A stretch of DNA of 64,000 nt from NCBI GenBank assembly GCA_013265495.1, contig MU058423.1, positions 5,810,745 to 5,874,744 of the forward strand, given 5' to 3'. Source of the DNA: Vicugna vicugna (lineage: Eukaryota). How positions within the stretch are numbered: the stretch's first letter is position 1; every line of letters begins with the position of its first letter. Made by a program: the position numbers and the translations under genes. Of this stretch, positions 24,261 through 37,899 are shown piece after piece. The notes under the pieces are model-generated. The model was not told the origin of the DNA, made no database searches, and was given only the letters and a program-made list of their open reading frames with translations.

Positions 24261-26974
24261 AACCTTACAGAAATTTGCACGTTGGGCAAATTTCTGTGTG
24301 TCTTTTGTGAAAATTTCACACATGTAGCTTTTGATTAATCATGTCACCATGAAAGACAAGGGCAATTTTATAAAACATAGCTGAATATACACTTTCCATT
24401 CCTTTTTAAAGAATTCTGTATACCAGAGGGCACCAAAAGAGAGGCTACTCCATAAATACCACCGAGGTCCTAGGCTGCCTGCCATTGTGACAGCATATTT
24501 TATAAACAACCATAAATAACACTTCCAGCAGCATATCAGAGACAATTATCCCACACCACAGCCCCACTGTTTTGATTTAGTGGGGTCTTAGAAGCAAAAG
24601 CAATACTTACTTGTCACACCTCACCGCAGGACTCTAATATGTTTGATCTTTTTCTCAGGGTTCATTATGTACGGCTTTGTTTCTATTATTTTAATGCTTG
24701 TTTTGTGTTTCTAGGTGGGCACATAAAGTCTTACAAATTTTCTGTCTTTTCATGAATGAAAAATATATACGAAAGATGTGGAACATACTAACTAGTGTTT
24801 ATAATCTTTTCTTTTTTTGGAGAGGAGGGTGCAGTCTGGCAAGATGTAAGAGCTTCATATACATTGTATCCATGATTTAATATCTCTGAATAATTTTACA
24901 TTTTAAATATTCAGTTGTACACTCCAATTTTCTTATATGAAATACAATTTTGTATTCCAAACCTATGTTCATTATTTATACTGGTTCTATTCTTTCTTTG
25001 GCCCCTAATGTGTTGTACATCTTAAAGTAACTCAAGTTTCTAATGCTCTTATCTATTTATATTGGTCAAGTTCATTATGTACTTTGCTATGTTAAAAGAA
25101 TACAAAATAATTTAAAAATAAAATGACAGAAGTAAAATAAAGCACCATACAGAATTTAAACATATATTTCCCTGTCACAGTACACTTTAGCTATTATCCA
25201 TCTAAAGTCCCTAAACATAAGCCATGCTGTATTGCAGCATATGGTTCAGTGTAAAATTTCTTTAGGATCTAAGTGGGAGAAGGTTAAAATAGAAAAAAAA
25301 AAAAAAGAAAAAAGATTGTTTTCTGTGAAGAATAAATTTTTATTATTTATAATTAAAATGACTCATTTGTTCCAACTTTCAAAATACAGCAGTGTCATAT
25401 TTAACTTTCTTAGGTGGCTCCTAGGTGAATTATGTAATTAAATGTCAATGTCAAATAACTAGGAATTTGTATTTTTATAAGAGTGCAGTAATGTGTGCAA
25501 GTGCCAATGTGAATCTATAGTCCTAAAATAGTCTTCAGATAGAACCTTAACATCTCTGTTATCTTTACCAGTAAAACTAAAGCTATTGTCTTTCCTAGTG
25601 ATCTTTTATTTTCTACTTTCTTTCCTTTTCCCCTCTCTCCCTCTCTTCCTCCTTTCCTGCCCTCCTTCATTTCTGGTAAGGGCTCTTGTGTAGATAGTCA
25701 ATGTGATCCTTTAAATGAAGAACATGCTTGCAAATGTAGAATATAAAATCTCTGTTCATCAATCTCTGTTGTACACAACTGAATACACTCTCTGCCTCGT
25801 GAAATTTATGATCTATAAGGGTTATGCTAATCCGTAAATTCAGTGGAAGGTAATATAGTCAATGGGCTATAAAACAGGGTAAAGTTGTTCAAAGAGGAAG
25901 AGATTTCTTCTAAAGAGGACATCAGGAAAGTCTCATGACGGAAGTGATTTGGAACTGAGCCTTGAATAATTGGCAAGGTATAGAAAGGGATAACATGGTC
26001 TTCACAGTATGACGGTAATAACTGTAATAATATTGCAGGTAAAACCATTAAGGAATAGCTGTAAGTGCACAAGTTATGGGTAAAAGGTCACCATGAGGTA
26101 CTAAATTTGTTGAAAATAGACTTATTTAGGTTTGAAAAACTGAGTATTTGTGTTGGTTTCACGGGTATATACATATGTCAAAACTTATCAAATTCTACTA
26201 AGTATTTGCAGTTTATTTTATGTCAATTATACCTCTATGAAACTGGTTTGCTTTTAAGCATAAAATATCCTTCATCTCAAAATCTCAACATTTAAAATAT
26301 GAGTTTAATGTGGGCTTATTTACTCCACAGAGTGAGTCAAAAGCAAGAATGCAATCTTTTCATAAATTAAAAAGTTGACTATTTCGTAGCCTCAGGCACT
26401 GTGCTTCAGCTACTGAACTGACAGATCTAATCCAACAGCACAGAATAGTTTTAACTGTCAGTATTTAAAAATAAATGATTTATTTCCTACTGTCTTTTCA
26501 TTTTGCATTTGCTGTATACATTTCAAGTGGCATATTCCAATAACCTACGATTTTCCCAGAGGAATGTTCCTCAACTTGCAGTGTGTTGATTGCATCAGTG
26601 ATTCTTCTTACACATGATTTCTATGTTACGTACACTGGTTTCTCTGTGAACAAAACTGAAGCACTTATTTACAGGATGAATCTGAAGTCTCTATTTTATT
26701 GATGCTTTCCTTTCGGTGGGGATGTTTATATTCTAGGAGCTACAAGGAAAAGATGCTGAGACATATCTATTCTAGGCAAGTTGTAAATTGAGATATATCT
26801 AGCCTCCTTGATCAATAAGTTTTTCTTCACAGACTTCATTTCTGTAGCAATCATCCCTCTTTCCCAGAAGCCAAGTTCTCCTAAGTTAACCTGTTCTTTC
26901 AGTAATCAAAATTCCTATGCCCTTTACTCTGTTACCTCACAGAGCCGTTGTGAGAGAAAACGGATTTCATTGAT

Positions 26975-27200
26975 GGTGATAATAGTCATCTACATAATGC
27001 CATTATAAGCACCTTTTAAATTTTTTAACTTATTTAATCCTCACAAGCATCATGCATGGTAGTTATTTTAATTAGCCTCATTTTACAGGTAAGGAAATTA
27101 AAGCATACGGAGAACGCAAGTAAATTTCTCAAGGCTTCATAGCACATAAAATGCAGAGTCAAAGAATCTAGGCGTGTACTAGATCATGTGCTTCCAATAA
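26975..27200 (-). mobile_element. MIR SINE
   Basis: tttaatcctcacaag...ctcattttacaggtaaggaaattaaagca (MIR core, antisense). Confidence 0.75.
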
Positions 27201-27836
27201 ATCAGAAAAACATAAATAAAGGTATTAGTTAACTAATACAGTCTATAATACATAACCTAATACTTTAAAACACAGATAATTTTTCAGAAGTTAATTAATG
27301 ATGCTGTTAATTCGAACTTTTAAATACTGTAGCAATAGCAGTAGAGGGAACTGTTTCATTATGTTATAACTTTGGTTTGGGGACATGCTTCTATTGACCA
27401 CATAAATGTAAAGCAGCCTACTCAACTTATAACTGGCCTCCCAAAACTCTGATGTACCTCTTCCATTTTTCTTATTAAAAATATATATGGGCAGAAAATT
27501 ATTCATAGACTATATTATCCATTTTAACCAAAGTAGATATTGTGATTATAGTTACTATTATTATTTCCCAGAACACTACATCATCACCATCCCCTCATTA
27601 CATTACTCTCTCTACTAACAACTTTTTTTGAGTCTCTCCTTAGTGCAACTCATCATGAAATGCTCTTTCCATTCAGTGTATCCAATCATTACAGCAATCA
27701 CTTATGCTTGATATCAGTATCTCAATTTAAACAGATAGGGAATTTGAGGTTTATACATTTTAGGTAAATTTTAATGTCCCACAAGGTATTTGGGTTTGTC
27801 AGAAGAAAAGAACCGGCCTTCAGAAGAATTAGAAAT

Positions 27837-28735
27837 CTCAGCACTTTCTTTGTACTTATTGACCATTTATATGTCTTCTTTGGAGAAATGTCTACTCAGT
27901 TCCTCTGCCCATTTTTTAATTGAGTTGTTTATGTTTTGGCTATTAAGTTGTCACAGTTATCAGGGAAATGCAAATCAAAATCATGAGGTAGTACCTCACA
28001 CTTGTTAGGATGGTTGTTATCAAAAAAATGCCAGTGAAGATGTCGAGAAAAGGAGCCCCATGTACACTGTTGGTGGGGATGTAATTTAGTGCAACCACTA
28101 TGGAAGACAGTCTGGAGGTTCCTCAGAGCATTAAAAATAGAACTGCCATATGATCCAGCAACTCCACCTCTGCATCTGTAGCCAAAAGAATTGAAACTAA
28201 GATCTTGATGAGATATCTGTACTCTCACTTTTATTGCAGCATTATTCACAATAGCCAAGACACAGAAGCAAAGTATACGTCCATGGACAGATGAATGAAT
28301 AAAGAAAATGTGATATACATATACAACAGAATTTATTGCCTTAAAAAGAAGGAAATCCTGCCATTTGTGACAACATGAATGAGCCTGGTGAATGTTAAGC
28401 GAAGTATGATAAGCCAGCATGAACAAAATATGATACCACTTTATGAGGCATCTAAAATAGAAGCAGAGTAGAATGACAATTGCCAGGGCCTGGGGGAAGT
28501 GGGAAATGGGAGGTTAGCCAAAGGGCAAGAAGTTTCAATTATGCAACAGAAAGAAGTCCTAGAGATCTACCGTATAGCACAGTACCTATGGTTAATAATA
28601 TAGTATTATATATTTAAAAATTTGCTAAAATGGTAGATCTTATGTTAAGTCATCCTATTACAAAATTATAAAGAAAATGAGAGAAACTTTGAAATTAATG
28701 ATGTATATGTTTATGGCATAGACTGTGGTGATCAC
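27837..28735 (+). mobile_element. L1 (L1MA/MB-like) 3' end with inverted 5' segment (27837-27950)
   Basis: Sense body starts tcacagttatcagggaaatgcaaatcaaaa. The adjacent upstream L1 sequence is present reverse-complemented. Confidence 0.85.
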
Positions 28736-29299
28736 AGAATAAAAACAAACAAAAAAACCCCATGAAAACATATAAAAGTATTTATATAAAGAAATAGGGA
28801 ATTAAATTATTAATAAATTTCATAAAATTTTGAACATTTATCAATAAGCCACAATTAAGTGGTGCATTCATCTTTTTTTTTCCTATTTTAGATCCCAACT
28901 ATTAACACTAAAGCAAATCAACATTTTTATTTCATTATGTGACAATAAATACCTAATTCAGGTAGTTAAAAGTTTAATTGGTAAATAAATTTGCATGTGA
29001 TGTAGACTGAAATATGTTAAAACTACACACATATCAATTTTATGCTCAAATGATGGCTGTCTTTATACAAAATTTAAAAGGCAACCAGGTAAAATCAATT
29101 GGAATTTATGCATAGAACACAGGTGACACTTCTGCACAGGAATTATTTAAAAGCCTTTGATGCTTTAATTTATTTAATAGATATTTATTACTAGGAAGTT
29201 GAGATGCAAACATATTGCCAACATATTTGTTCCTGGCAAAGTTGTGGGAGATAGATTTAATAATTTTTTCATCAAAAGAAGTATTTATCAAATTATTTT

Positions 29300-29457
29300 G
29301 CATAAGCATCAGAATGGGTTCTTATTGAAAACTGGGAATATAATAACCAATTTTCAGACTCAAATTTTTGTGCACAGCTCAGAAACTGCATGCTAAAGCA
29401 TACTCCGGGTGATTCTAATATATTTGGTATTCAGACTACATTTTAAGACACAGCTAT
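29300..29457. mobile_element. MER5-like hAT-Charlie remnant
   Basis: agaaactgcatg..aaagcatactccgggtgattctaat...acattttaagacacagcta. Confidence 0.5.
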
Positions 29458-29548
29458 AAAATGTACAAATAGACCAAAGTGTTAAAAAAGACCAGTGGTA
29501 GAACTCTAAAGAATACTGATATTTAAAATTTAAGAAGAGAAGCAGGCA

Positions 29549-31937
29549 TCCTTGTCTCGTTCCTGATCTTAGCAGACATTCTTTCAGCTTTTCATCTTGA
29601 GTTTACTTGTTTTTTGTAAGATGAAGTCATTAGTTTCCTTTAAATAACAATCAGCACTTTTTAGGACTTTTCCTTTTTAAGAGACTAGATGAGTTCTTTT
29701 GTAGAATGTCTCACATTCTTGATTTGTGGGACATCATTTAACTTGATCCTTTACAACTGAAAACCCATAGGGAATTGTATTGTTCTAGGGCACCCATTTT
29801 ACATAACAAATTAAGTTTTATTCCATGCATCTAGAATGGTACTACTTATGCTCTCTTCTTGGGATAATTGAGTAAATTGTCACTCAACTCATTTTCTTTC
29901 ATCTATGGTTCAGTTGGGGAACCCCAGTTGAGAACAGCTTACTGAAAGTTGGGTCTTGAAGTTGATGTGAGTCAAGTTAAACATTTTTAGAAAGAACATG
30001 TTACAGGTGAGACTATATACTTCCTTTTGTATCACACTGAGAGGCATTTAATGTCAGGTTGTTCTACTACTAGTGAAGCAGATGTGGAGTTTAATCACTC
30101 AGGTAAGGTGGTAACAGCCAGGTATCTCCATTTAAAAGTTGTTTTCCTAATTCTCCATGGCTTAACAACATTCGTCAATGTGAAAAATTCATAAGTCAGT
30201 ATCTCACTGTAAGTGGAATAGTTTCTTTTCAGCAAATTTGGCAGGTTCATCTTGCCCAATGTGCAACAAGCCAAAATAAGGCTGAGACAGTTAGGTTTGC
30301 AGCAAAGAGGGTTTACCTGCAAGACAACCAAATGAGGAGACAGGAAAACAAATCTCAAATCAAAGTCAAAACAATCTTGAGAAAGAGGAACAGAGCTGGA
30401 GGAATCACACTTTCTGACTTAGGATGATAATACAAGGCTATAGTAATCAAAACAGTATGGTACTGGCATTAAGACAGACACTAGATCAATGGAACAGAAT
30501 AGAGCCAGAAATAAACCCAAGCATTTATGGTCAATTAACTGGTAACAAAGGAGGCAAGAATATACCATGGAGAAAAGACAGCCTCTTCAATAAGTGGTGC
30601 TGGGAAAACTGGACAGCCTCATGTAAAAGGATGAAATTAAAACATTCTCTAGCGCTATTTACAAAAATAAATTCAAAATAGATTAAAGACCTACATATAA
30701 GACTAGATACTATAAATCTCCTAGAAGAAAACATAGGCAGTATGCTCTTTGACATAAATTGTAGCAACATTTTTTGGATCTGTCTCCAAAAGCAAAGGAA
30801 GTAAGAGCAAAAACAAAAACAAAAACAAAAACAAAAATGTGACCTAATTAAACTTAAAAGGTTTTACACAGCAAAGGAAACCATGGACAAAATGAAAAGA
30901 CAATCTACTGAATGGGAGAAAATATTTACTAATGATATGACCAATAAGAGGTTAATATTCAACATATGTAACAGTTCATACAATTCAACATCAAAAAAAC
31001 CCAAATAACTCAATTAGAAAATGGGCAGAAGATCTAACAAACACTTTTTCAAAGAGAACATGCAGATGATCAACAGGCACATGACAAGATGCTCAACAAT
31101 GCTAATTAAAAGGGAAATGCAAATCAAAATCACAGTGATATATCACTTCACACATGTCAGAATGACTATCACTAAAAAGAACACAAATAACAAATGTTGG
31201 TGAGGATGTGCAGAAAAGGGAACCCTCTTACACAGTTGGTGGGAATATGAATTGGTGCACTCATTGTGAAAAAGAGTATGAAGGTGTCTCAAAAAACTAA
31301 AAATCAAACTACTATTTGAACCAGCAATTCCATGCTGGGTATATGGTTCCCCCAAAAAACAAAAACACTAATTCAAAAAGATACATCCATTTCAGTTTTC
31401 AAAGCAGCATTATTTACAATTGCCAAGATATGGAATCAACCAAAGTGTCCATTAACAGATGAATGGATTAAGAAGTGTGATGTATACATATACAATGGAA
31501 TACTACTCAGCCATAAGAGAGAATTAAATTTTGCCATTTGTAACAATAAGGATGGTCTTGGATGGTATTATACTTAGTGAAATAAATCAGACAGAGAAAG
31601 ATAAATACTGTATGTTATCACTTACATGTGGAATTTAAAAAATACAACAAACTACTGACCTTAACAAAAAAGAAACAGACTCACAGATCTAGAGAACAAA
31701 CTAGTAGTAACCAATGGGGAGAAGCAGGGGCAGAGGGGCAATATAGGGGTAGGGGATTAAAAGGTACAACCTATCATGTATAAAATAAGCTACAAGTATA
31801 TGTTGTACATCAGAAGGAATACAGTCAATATTTTATCATAACTATAAATGGAGTATAACCTTTAAAAATGAGAATCGTCATACCGTACACTTGTAACATA
31901 TAAAATTGTACATCAACTACATTTCAATTAAGAAAAG
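29549..31937 (+). mobile_element. relatively young L1 insertion with 17-bp TSD, 5' inversion and foreign internal segment
   Basis: TSD AAGAAGAGAAGCAGGCA at 29532-29548 and 31938-31954. Sense ORF2 3' end and UTR at 30361-31930 ([18 protein letters not shown]). Antisense L1 at 29549-29602. Confidence 0.9.
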
Positions 31938-32039
31938 AAGAAGAGAAGCAGGCAAAACCAAAATTGAAGTGTGGTTTTAACATTGTTATTCAAATGTTGT
32001 CTTCTTAATAGATTTTCTCTGCTACCACTTTACCAAAAA

Positions 32040-32305
32040 AATTTCAACTACTCTCTCCTAGACACTTATTAACCTCATTCCTGCTTCATTTTTAAGCCTC
32101 AGTTGTCATAAGTTTCTAATATTTCATAATAGATATTATTTAATTCTAATAGTGTATTTCTTTAAGTATTTATCTTAGCTTCCATCTCCCACAACTGTGT
32201 CCTGAGACAGCAGGTATTTGTCTGTTCATTGCATTGTTACTAGTACTCAGAACAAAATCTGGCACAAATTAGACTTTCTCAATATTTAATTTTTTGAATA
32301 AATAA
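32040..32305 (+). mobile_element. L2 3' end
   Basis: tcctgagacagcagg...tctggcacaaattagac..tctcaatatt...tgaataaataaa. Confidence 0.65.
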
Positions 32306-32589
32306 AAGGTAGTAGGAAAAACAGCATTTTGTCTAGAAGATCTTTGTCTTTCTGCAACTAATAGCATTTGCACCCAATTGCCATTAAAGCAACTTCCATA
32401 CACAAGGGCTGCTTCTCAGACAGAAGCTAAAAAATAAAATACAGCAGAAGAAAACAAGATTAGCAGTGCTTGCTGTTCTAAACTCAAATAGTTTCTGCCT
32501 GTTATACAGATATAACTAAGGAGTAAGTTCATGACTGTTATGGGACATTTTAAATATAGAAATTTTGGTAAGCCAAGTCCCAGAATGGA

Positions 32590-32870
32590 CCAACTTTCAT
32601 ACCCTAATCCCAGGAATGTGACCATGATAAGATGTCATGCTTATGATGTTTCCAATGTAACTACAATTACTAATCTGTTTACTTTGAGTAACTAAAAAGG
32701 GAGATTCTTCGGAGGATCCTAATGTAATTACATGAGACCTTAAGACAGGTAGCTTTCTCCTTTTGGTAGTAGAATAGGAAGTCAGAGAAAACTGAAGGAT
32801 GGTAAGAATTTGAGACATCATTGCTGTTTTGAAGATGTTGAAGCCATGTAAGGAGAAATGACACTATAGG
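32590..32870 (+). mobile_element. MLT1D/E-like LTR, 5' part
   Basis: ccctaatcccaggaatgtgac...gggagattc...cctaatgtaattacatgagacctta...ttgctgttttgaagatg. Confidence 0.7.
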
Positions 32871-32899
32871 TTGGCTGTCATGAGACATATGTGGCCAAA

Positions 32900-34700
32900 A
32901 AATCTTGTTACTACAATGAGAAAGTGGCAGATTTTTTTTTAATCACATTTTTAAAAGGCAGCAAAGACCCTTGGAAGCAATAAAGAAAAATGACTAAAAA
33001 TCCATAAGTCCATGGAGCTGAGACCCTTCTCAAGGTGAGCTGACAATATTCAATCACATTTTACTGGAGACATTTTCAAATTTAGGTAAGTACGGAGGCT
33101 TTGGATGGCAAATGGCAATGAGAAAACAAAAATCTTTGTTCAGTAAAGCTGATAAGTTGGAAATTGAGGGGACACAAATGAATGTCTGGCTGCACAAGAT
33201 ACTGAGGAAAGAAAAAACAAGTCTTCAAAAAGGCCAAGTAAAATCACTCTCAATCTTGTGATACCTATGAAGTCAAGATGTGACAGAGAGGGCACTTATT
33301 TCAAAAATATCATTAGCTTTCTCAAGACATGTACACAATTACGAAGCCATATTTTGCAGAGGAGTGGAGAGTTAGGGTAAAAATTTTAATGAAAATTACT
33401 GAATCTCTCATAATCTTTTCAGATATAGAATAGTAACTTGGAAAGCTCTCAATCAAAGGCTTAGGAGAGGCATATTAGGAAAGAAGGCAAACCAGCGTCT
33501 TACCAACACAGGAACAAAGACCAATCCACCTTGATTTCTGATTGAATTTAAGTGATTAGTTCTTTCTGTGTTTGCCTTACAGAGGAAAAGTAAACTTTAT
33601 CAGATGGAATATAATATCGTTCAGAACATCAGAATTATTCCATTAAACACTAACGGGCATAAAGAAACTCAAAAAGGCTGAGAAAAAAATAAAATATGAC
33701 CAATAATAAAAAAAGACAAAAACAGAAGCAGCTACACCAATAATCCATATATTGGAATTAATAAATAAGTACTTTAAAATAAGTATGATTAATATGTTAA
33801 AGAAAACAGTGAAAAAATAGAGAAGATAGATGAAAAGTTAAAGCAATTTACCAAAGGATTAGAATCAATCAAGAAAAAAAAAATCAGTTAACACTGTAAA
33901 CAAAATAAAATGTGATATCTGAAATTATGGATAGTGGGTAGTTTTAAATGGGTACATTACAACATAACATCAGTTTTCTAGGAGAAAGTCAACAGAAAAC
34001 ATACAAACTTAAGTACTAGGGGAAAAAAGTGCAGAGTGGAACAGAGTACACATATTTTGGACACTTTTCAAAAGTTTACCGTTATTATAATCAAAGTCTT
34101 AGAAGGACAGAAGAGAAATATGATAGGGCAAAAGCAATATTCAAAGGACCAATGGCTAAGAAATTTTTCAAAATGATTATAGGCTCACAGGTACAAGAAA
34201 TGTAATTACACCATAAGCAGTGGATACAAAAAGCAATTTACCTAGGCACTTCATAGTAAAACTGCTGCAAAACAAAGTATAGAAAAGTAAATCATAAAAG
34301 TCATCCAGAGGAATAAAGATACCTTCTCCCCAAAGAACAACCACAAGAATGACAGCTGTCTTCTCAACACTGATAGAAGCCAGAAGCAGGAGAATGACAT
34401 CTTTGTATTTCCAAAGGATAAGAACTGCCAACCCAGAATTCTATAACAAATGGATATATCCTTATCCTTCAAAAATAAGAGAGCAATAAAGATGTTTGCA
34501 GACAAAGACCGGGGGAAGATGTCCATAACAGAAACAGAGTTAAAAATAAAAGTCTAAATTAAGGCAAATTCTTCAGGCAGAAAAAAGCTGATCTAAAATG
34601 CAAACACAGAAATACAGAGCAGAATTAAAATATATTTTAAAAAGGTACATATATAGATGAATATAAATAATTGCTTAATGTACAATTATAGAAATGTCTT
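32900..34700 (+). mobile_element. old L1 5' region / ORF1 remnant
   Basis: ORF1-like cctaggcacttcatagtaaaactgctg...gccagaagcaggagaatgacatcttt...ctgccaacccagaattcta. Confidence 0.75.
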
Positions 34701-34714
34701 GAGAAGTCATAGAG

Positions 34715-34980
34715 AAATTTGAGGATGCTACACTACTGTCTTTGAAGAAGGGACAAAGAGACCGGAAATGAAGGTGGCCTGTAGAAGTTGGAAAGGGTAA
34801 GAAAACATTCTCCCCTAGAGCTTCCAGGAGGACCACAGCCAGGTTTATACCTTAATTTTAGCCCAGAAAGACACATTTTCAGATTCTGGATCTCCAGAAC
34901 TGTAAGATAATAAATTAATATTGTCTTAAGACATAAAATGTGTGGTAATGGGTTATATAAGCAATTGGAAACTAACGCAC
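34715..34980 (+). mobile_element. MLT1C/D LTR, 3' part
   Basis: tctcccctagagcttccagg...ctccagaactgtaagataataaatt...ggaaactaacgca. Confidence 0.85.
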
Positions 34981-36484
34981 TAAGTTCATACTATAGAAAA
35001 TTTGAAGTGGGAACTTCACTTTATGGGAATTATCCTAGTCACCTACATGTTTCCATCCAGTATATGAGGCAGTTCTCTCTGAAGAAGAAAAGTTAAAGGT
35101 TTTTATATAATCTCTTATTTAAATATCAAACAATCTGAACCATAGTGGTTTTCTATGGTATATGACTTATCAAAGAAGTCAGTCCATGGTCTCTAATATT
35201 TAGGGGTAGTCCTGTTGCTAGAGTTTGGACTATATGAGAAGAAGAACCCTAAATTGCGAAAAAGATTCAAAATTGTAGAAAATGGAGTTGGTAACGAATT
35301 GACTAAAACAAGTGCCAATTATAATGAGAACACATCTAGCAATAGATTAAAACTAAAATAAATATTTCTATGGATAGGATAGAATATTCAGTGAATGTTT
35401 TGTATTCTGAATAGCAAAGCCCTCAAATTTTTCAAGTCCAAAGTTGTAACCCTATAAATATAATTAGGGAACAGCACAAACTTTGTGTACTTTGGGTAAT
35501 GTATCTAGATGATTCATAAATAACAATAGTCAAAATGTTCTAATGTCCATTAAACATGAAAGGTTTTGAACATTAGAGAATTGGTCAAATTGGAACAAGA
35601 AGGTGTAGACATTATTGGTAGGAAACACTCAGTTGCACTCCAGGCCCAGGAACTCTGGAAAAGCAATGGCAGGGTCCAGGCAAGCCCAGGAGGCTACAGC
35701 AGTCAGCACTGAACTATTGCTGCAGTCACCCTAGAAAAAGAGCCAGCCACGTAAAAAGAGCTGCAGTTGTAAATTCTGGAAAAACCACATGAATAATATA
35801 GTTTGCTCTTATGGTCTGGAAAAAAAGGGAAAGCTAATGTTTCAAACTGAAATATCCTACTTTACAATGCATACTTTTATAGAGGAATAAGAATTATTAA
35901 GATGTAGTGTGGTCATAAAATATATCAGGAAGAAAATGGCTTATTTAGTTCTACATTATGATACTATTTAGATTCCCAGTGGTATGTGAAGAAGTGCAAC
36001 CTGCCTGAAAGTTACAATGTCCAGATGTGACCTTCACAAATTTAATTTCTTTTATTCTTCAGAGGAACTGCCTTAAATTTTTAACTGCCCTACTTGTCAG
36101 CACCACCTGTCTGGTCACTCACTGTTAGCCCCCAGAAGGTTCATTTCACTGATCAACTTGAGAAACAGTCTTTTTTATTGAAACAGAACACTTGTCCCCT
36201 CCAAGGGACAATGGCAATCATATCTAATCACTTATCTGAATAGTAGGGAGAAATTAACCAGTTCTAACACTGGGCTGAGTGTATCAGTTTAATTTAGGGA
36301 AGTAAAGAAAGATTTGAACAGAGATTTCACAGGAAAAAAAAGAAAAACAGACCTTTTATGTTTCTGCAGACTACAAAGCTAGGACACTCTAATCAATAGA
36401 AACACCTTCCTGAATGAAAATGGCAGACCTGAGAAGGAATGTAGTATTTAAGTTATAATTTATGTGGATCAGAAGCATAATCCT

Positions 36485-36678
36485 GTAAATAAGTCTGTAT
36501 CTCTTAATCCCAAGCTCCTAATCTATTGCCCCTCTATGCCCCTTTGGCAATGATAAATTTGCTTTCTATGTCTGAGTTTATTTCCAGTTTGTAAGTAAGT
36601 TCATTTGCATCATTTTTTAGGTTCTACATATAAGTGATATCATATGATATTTGTCTTTCTCTGTCTGACTTACTTCAA
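36485..36678 (-). mobile_element. younger L1 3' UTR fragment
   Basis: Similar to ~62790-62980 (gtaagttcatttgcatcattttttag...gatatttgtctttctctgtctgacttacttca). Confidence 0.75.
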
Positions 36679-37129
36679 ATGGTTCCTATCTTTTTCCTGT
36701 AAATTTTACTTGAAAATGGAATAAATAATTTTCAGTTCATCTCTCTCCTTTATCATTTTATCATAGTGAAAAATTCCAAGTAGTGTTTTAAACATTCTAT
36801 CGTGAAATCTTCTTAGCTGAATCACAAGGTTTATTTTCTATTTTTCATGTTATTCTAGGTAACACTTGATCCTTAAGACACATTCACATGTTTTAAATCT
36901 TTGCTACAAAAGAACATACTTTCAGGTATCATGAAAACTACTTTCAAACTTAGAGGCATAAATTTCTTTCTCATATACATGCAATCTTGGCAAGACTTAG
37001 CAAAGAATAGTTCATCCTTATGAAAGTCAGTGTCAGAGAATAAATTAAAATATATGATTATAATTGTAGGTAACTGTGCAAGATGTTCTCCTTGCACACC
37101 TATCAGTTTGGCTTCATGTATGGCAAACC

Positions 37130-37860
37130 TCTTTTATGTGTGAACATTTAGGATTGTTACACCCTCAGATGAATTGATCCCTTTATCATTAGGAAATGAC
37201 TTCCTTTGTCTCTGGTCAACATTCCTTCTCTGAAATCTGTTTTAATATTAACACATCCACTCCAACTTTTCCTTTGAACTAGGTACGTCTTTATTTTTAA
37301 GCTTTCCTTTTTTCCTACAATCCAAAAATCTATGCGTTTGAGTTTGGAGGCTTAGACTATGTACCTTTAATGAGATTACTGACATGATTAGGTATAAGTC
37401 TATCATCTGTTGTCATTCATTCTTTGTTCCAGTTTTCCTTTATTTTCTCCCTTCATTGGAATTAATTGAATATTTTTATAATGCTATTTTATATATTTTC
37501 TTGGTTATCAGATATAATTCTTTGTTTTATGATCTTAGTCATTTCTGCAAAAATTTCACTATACATCCTTAAGATACCAGTGTACTCTCAGTGATATGAC
37601 ACCACTTCATGTATAGTCCAAGAACCTTGCAAATATATGTTTTGATTTCTCACTTCCTGGTCACTATGTTATGTTTATTTTTACTTATTTATTTTTGGTT
37701 CAGACTTTATATATGCATATGTTATAAATCCCACAGTGCATTGTTCTTTGCATTTAAATATTGTTTTATTTTAAATATTCAATTATCTTAAATAGATTTA
37801 AATATAAGAAAAACAGACATTTACTAATGTAGTCACTATTTCTGGCGCCATCCTTGTTTC
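37130..37860 (-). mobile_element. old L1 fragment
   Basis: taggattgtta...gatgaattgatccctttatcatta.gaaatgac..cctttgtctctggt. Confidence 0.7.
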
Positions 37861-37899
37861 TCATTTGTTGTTTTTGATGTAAGAACTACAAACCTGGGA

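Noticed and set aside
24660..25082. 13-bp direct repeat GTTCATTATGTAC 410 bp apart
   Set aside because: No poly(A) tail or element termini between the copies; plausible by chance.
27929..28426. Longest ORF (165 aa, minus strand)
   Set aside because: Antisense reading of an L1 3' end, a common artefact.
30424..31577. L1 ORF2-like peptides (also at 63093-63889)
   Set aside because: Short frameshifted remnants of truncated L1s; not functional CDS.
32590..34980. Single MLT1 split by an L1
   Set aside because: The two MLT1 pieces overlap in consensus position, which suggests separate elements.
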